From the NCBI GenBank assembly GCA_038239005.1, contig JBBSFE010000015.1:3154-67153 (forward strand): DNA of 64,000 nt. The letters are read 5' to 3'. The position numbers were made by a program, and so were the translations under genes. The notes under the pieces were generated by a model. That model saw only the letters and a list, made by a program, of their open reading frames with translations. It was not told the origin of the DNA and did no database searches. Numbering within the stretch: the stretch's first letter is position 1; the number at the start of each line of letters is the position of its first letter. Below are positions 62,813-64,000 of this stretch, piece by piece. The DNA comes from Polyangiales bacterium. Lineage in GTDB: Bacteria > Myxococcota_A > Polyangia > Polyangiales > Polyangiaceae.

Positions 62813-64000
62813 ATGCGGGAAGCTCGCGCAAAACCGGTGGAGCCGTTGATCATCGACGGCCGCGTTCCGCCGAACGATCTCGATGCGGAGGCGGCGGTTC
62901 TATCGGCCGTGATGCTCGACACGAGCGCGCTCGACAAGATCCTCGAGTTTCTGAAGGCGGAGCATTTTTACTCCGAAGCGCACCGTCGAATTTTCGAAGC
63001 CGCGATCGAGCTTCGCACCGTCGGGCAACCGGTCGACGTCGTGCAGATAGGCACGTGGCTGAAGAACCGGGATCGCATCGCGCAAATCGGCGGCATGGCG
63101 TACCTCACCGAGCTGCTCAACGCCGCACCCGCCGTGACGAACGTCGCCGCGTACGGCCGCACGATTCACGAAAAGTGGCGCGTGCGTCAGCTCATCGCAA
63201 CGTGCCAGCGCGTCGCTGCAACCGGTTACATCGACTACGGCGAAGCGCAGGAGTACATCGACGGCGCCGAGCAGAGCGTCTACGAAATCGCGCGCACGCC
63301 CGAGTCGAGCAGCGTCGAGAAGCTCCTCGACGTCATGAAGAAGTCCTTCAAGGCGCTCACCGAAGCGATGCAGCGCGGCGATCGCATCACCGGCACCGCG
63401 ACCGGATTCGATCGCTACGACCGATTGACTGCGGGTCTGCACCCGGGCGATCTCACCATCGTTGCGGCGCGCCCCGGCATGGGCAAGACGAGCTTCGTGC
63501 TCAACGTCGCGACCAACGTCGCGAGCCCGAAAGGTCGCGAGCTCGAAGGCGGCAAGACCGACGACGAAAAACGCTGGGACGAGCCCGGCGTCGGCGTCGC
63601 GGTTTTCTCGCTCGAAATGCCCCGCGAGCAAATCGCGAACCGCATGCTGTGCAGCGAAGCACGCGTTGACGTCGGCAAGCTCCGCCAAGGACATCTCTCG
63701 CCCCAAGATTGGAGCCGCCTCACGCAAGCCGCGTCCTATCTCGGGAGCCTGCCGATTTGGATCGACGACTCACCGTCGCTTTCGATCCTCGAGCTTCGCG
63801 CCAAAGTTCGCCGGCTCCAGGCCGAGTACGATCGGCCCGATCCGAATGGCGCTTCGATCTCGCGCAAACGAATCGGTCTCGTCATCGTCGATTACTTGCA
63901 GCTCATGAGGGGTCGCGAGGGCGCCCAATCGCGCGAGCAAGAGATCAGCGAGATCTCGCGCGGGCTCAAGGGCCTCGCGAAAGAGCTCCATCTTCCGGTC
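62813..64000 (+). CDS. dnaB: replicative DNA helicase DnaB, N-terminal about 395 aa; continues beyond the right edge
   Basis: Absent from the ORF track because it is open at the window end. Hand translation gives MREARAKPVEPLIIDGRVPPNDLDAEAAVLSAVMLD...HFYSEAHRRIFEA... and the in-frame Walker A LTIVAARPGMGKTSFVLN. It follows rplI as in many bacteria. Confidence 0.9.
   Translation, partial: MREARAKPVEPLIIDGRVPPNDLDAEAAVLSAVMLDTSALDKILEFLKAEHFYSEAHRRIFEAAIELRTVGQPVDVVQIGTWLKNRDRIAQIGGMAYLTELLNAAPAVTNVAAYGRTIHEKWRVRQLIATCQRVAATGYIDYGEAQEYIDGAEQSVYEIARTPESSSVEKLLDVMKKSFKALTEAMQRGDRITGTATGFDRYDRLTAGLHPGDLTIVAARPGMGKTSFVLNVATNVASPKGRELEGGKTDDEKRWDEPGVGVAVFSLEMPREQIANRMLCSEARVDVGKLRQGHLSPQDWSRLTQAASYLGSLPIWIDDSPSLSILELRAKVRRLQAEYDRPDPNGASISRKRIGLVIVDYLQLMRGREGAQSREQEISEISRGLKGLAKELHLPV

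Noticed and set aside
62813-64000. A possible intein or insertion in DnaB near the Walker A region (the ELEGGKTDDEKRWDEPG stretch).
   Set aside because: The extra segment is only about 20 aa, lacks intein splice-junction motifs, and the helicase motifs continue in frame. It looks like an ordinary loop insertion.

Overview
This is a gene-dense 64 kb window of high-GC bacterial chromosome, about two-thirds G+C by eye (not computed). I call about 55 protein genes. I found no rRNA, tRNA or CRISPR. The gene content suggests a Myxococcota (Polyangia-like) genome, but that is inference only: several Hanks-type Ser/Thr kinases, a PP2C phosphatase, cysteine-rich repeat lipoproteins, TPR-like secreted proteins and a MopE-like metal-binding motif. 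Many long, Arg-rich ORFs in the track are antisense artefacts of the GC content and I discarded them. Housekeeping blocks are clpS-clpA, hemE-hemH-hemY, frr, pepP, xerC, hisZ-purA, prs-rplY-pth and rpsF-rpsR-rplI-(SDR)-dnaB. Same-strand neighbours very often overlap by 4 nt (ATGA or GTGA), which helped set start codons. The only clearly mobile or accessory stretch is 13.3-15.5 kb. It holds two hexanucleotide microsatellites, an IS481-like element with a frameshifted transposase and nested inverted repeats, and an intact IS200/RAYT-like Y1 transposase. A second, decayed RAYT copy lies in a compositionally odd scar at 44.3-45.1 kb. The best candidates for undescribed biology are these. (1) An atypical kinase (HDDLHPGN catalytic loop) translationally coupled to a membrane protein with two Tim44-like domains, two zinc ribbons and a TerB-like tail (47.1-50.1 kb). 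(2) A fusion of an RlmC-like m5U methyltransferase and an RluA-like pseudouridine synthase (32.2-34.1 kb). (3) A Tat-exported DUF362 protein paired with a NapH-like polyferredoxin (10.4-13.3 kb). (4) A thioester-reductase-like SDR that seems to have lost its catalytic Tyr/Lys, coupled upstream to a 5x cysteine-rich repeat lipoprotein and downstream to a DUF4911-like protein (29.3-32.2 kb). (5) Tandem paralogous secreted proteins (16.4-19.3 kb). (6) An ECF sigma factor interrupted by one in-frame TGA (40.5-41.1 kb). All family assignments come from motif recognition by eye. No searches were run.
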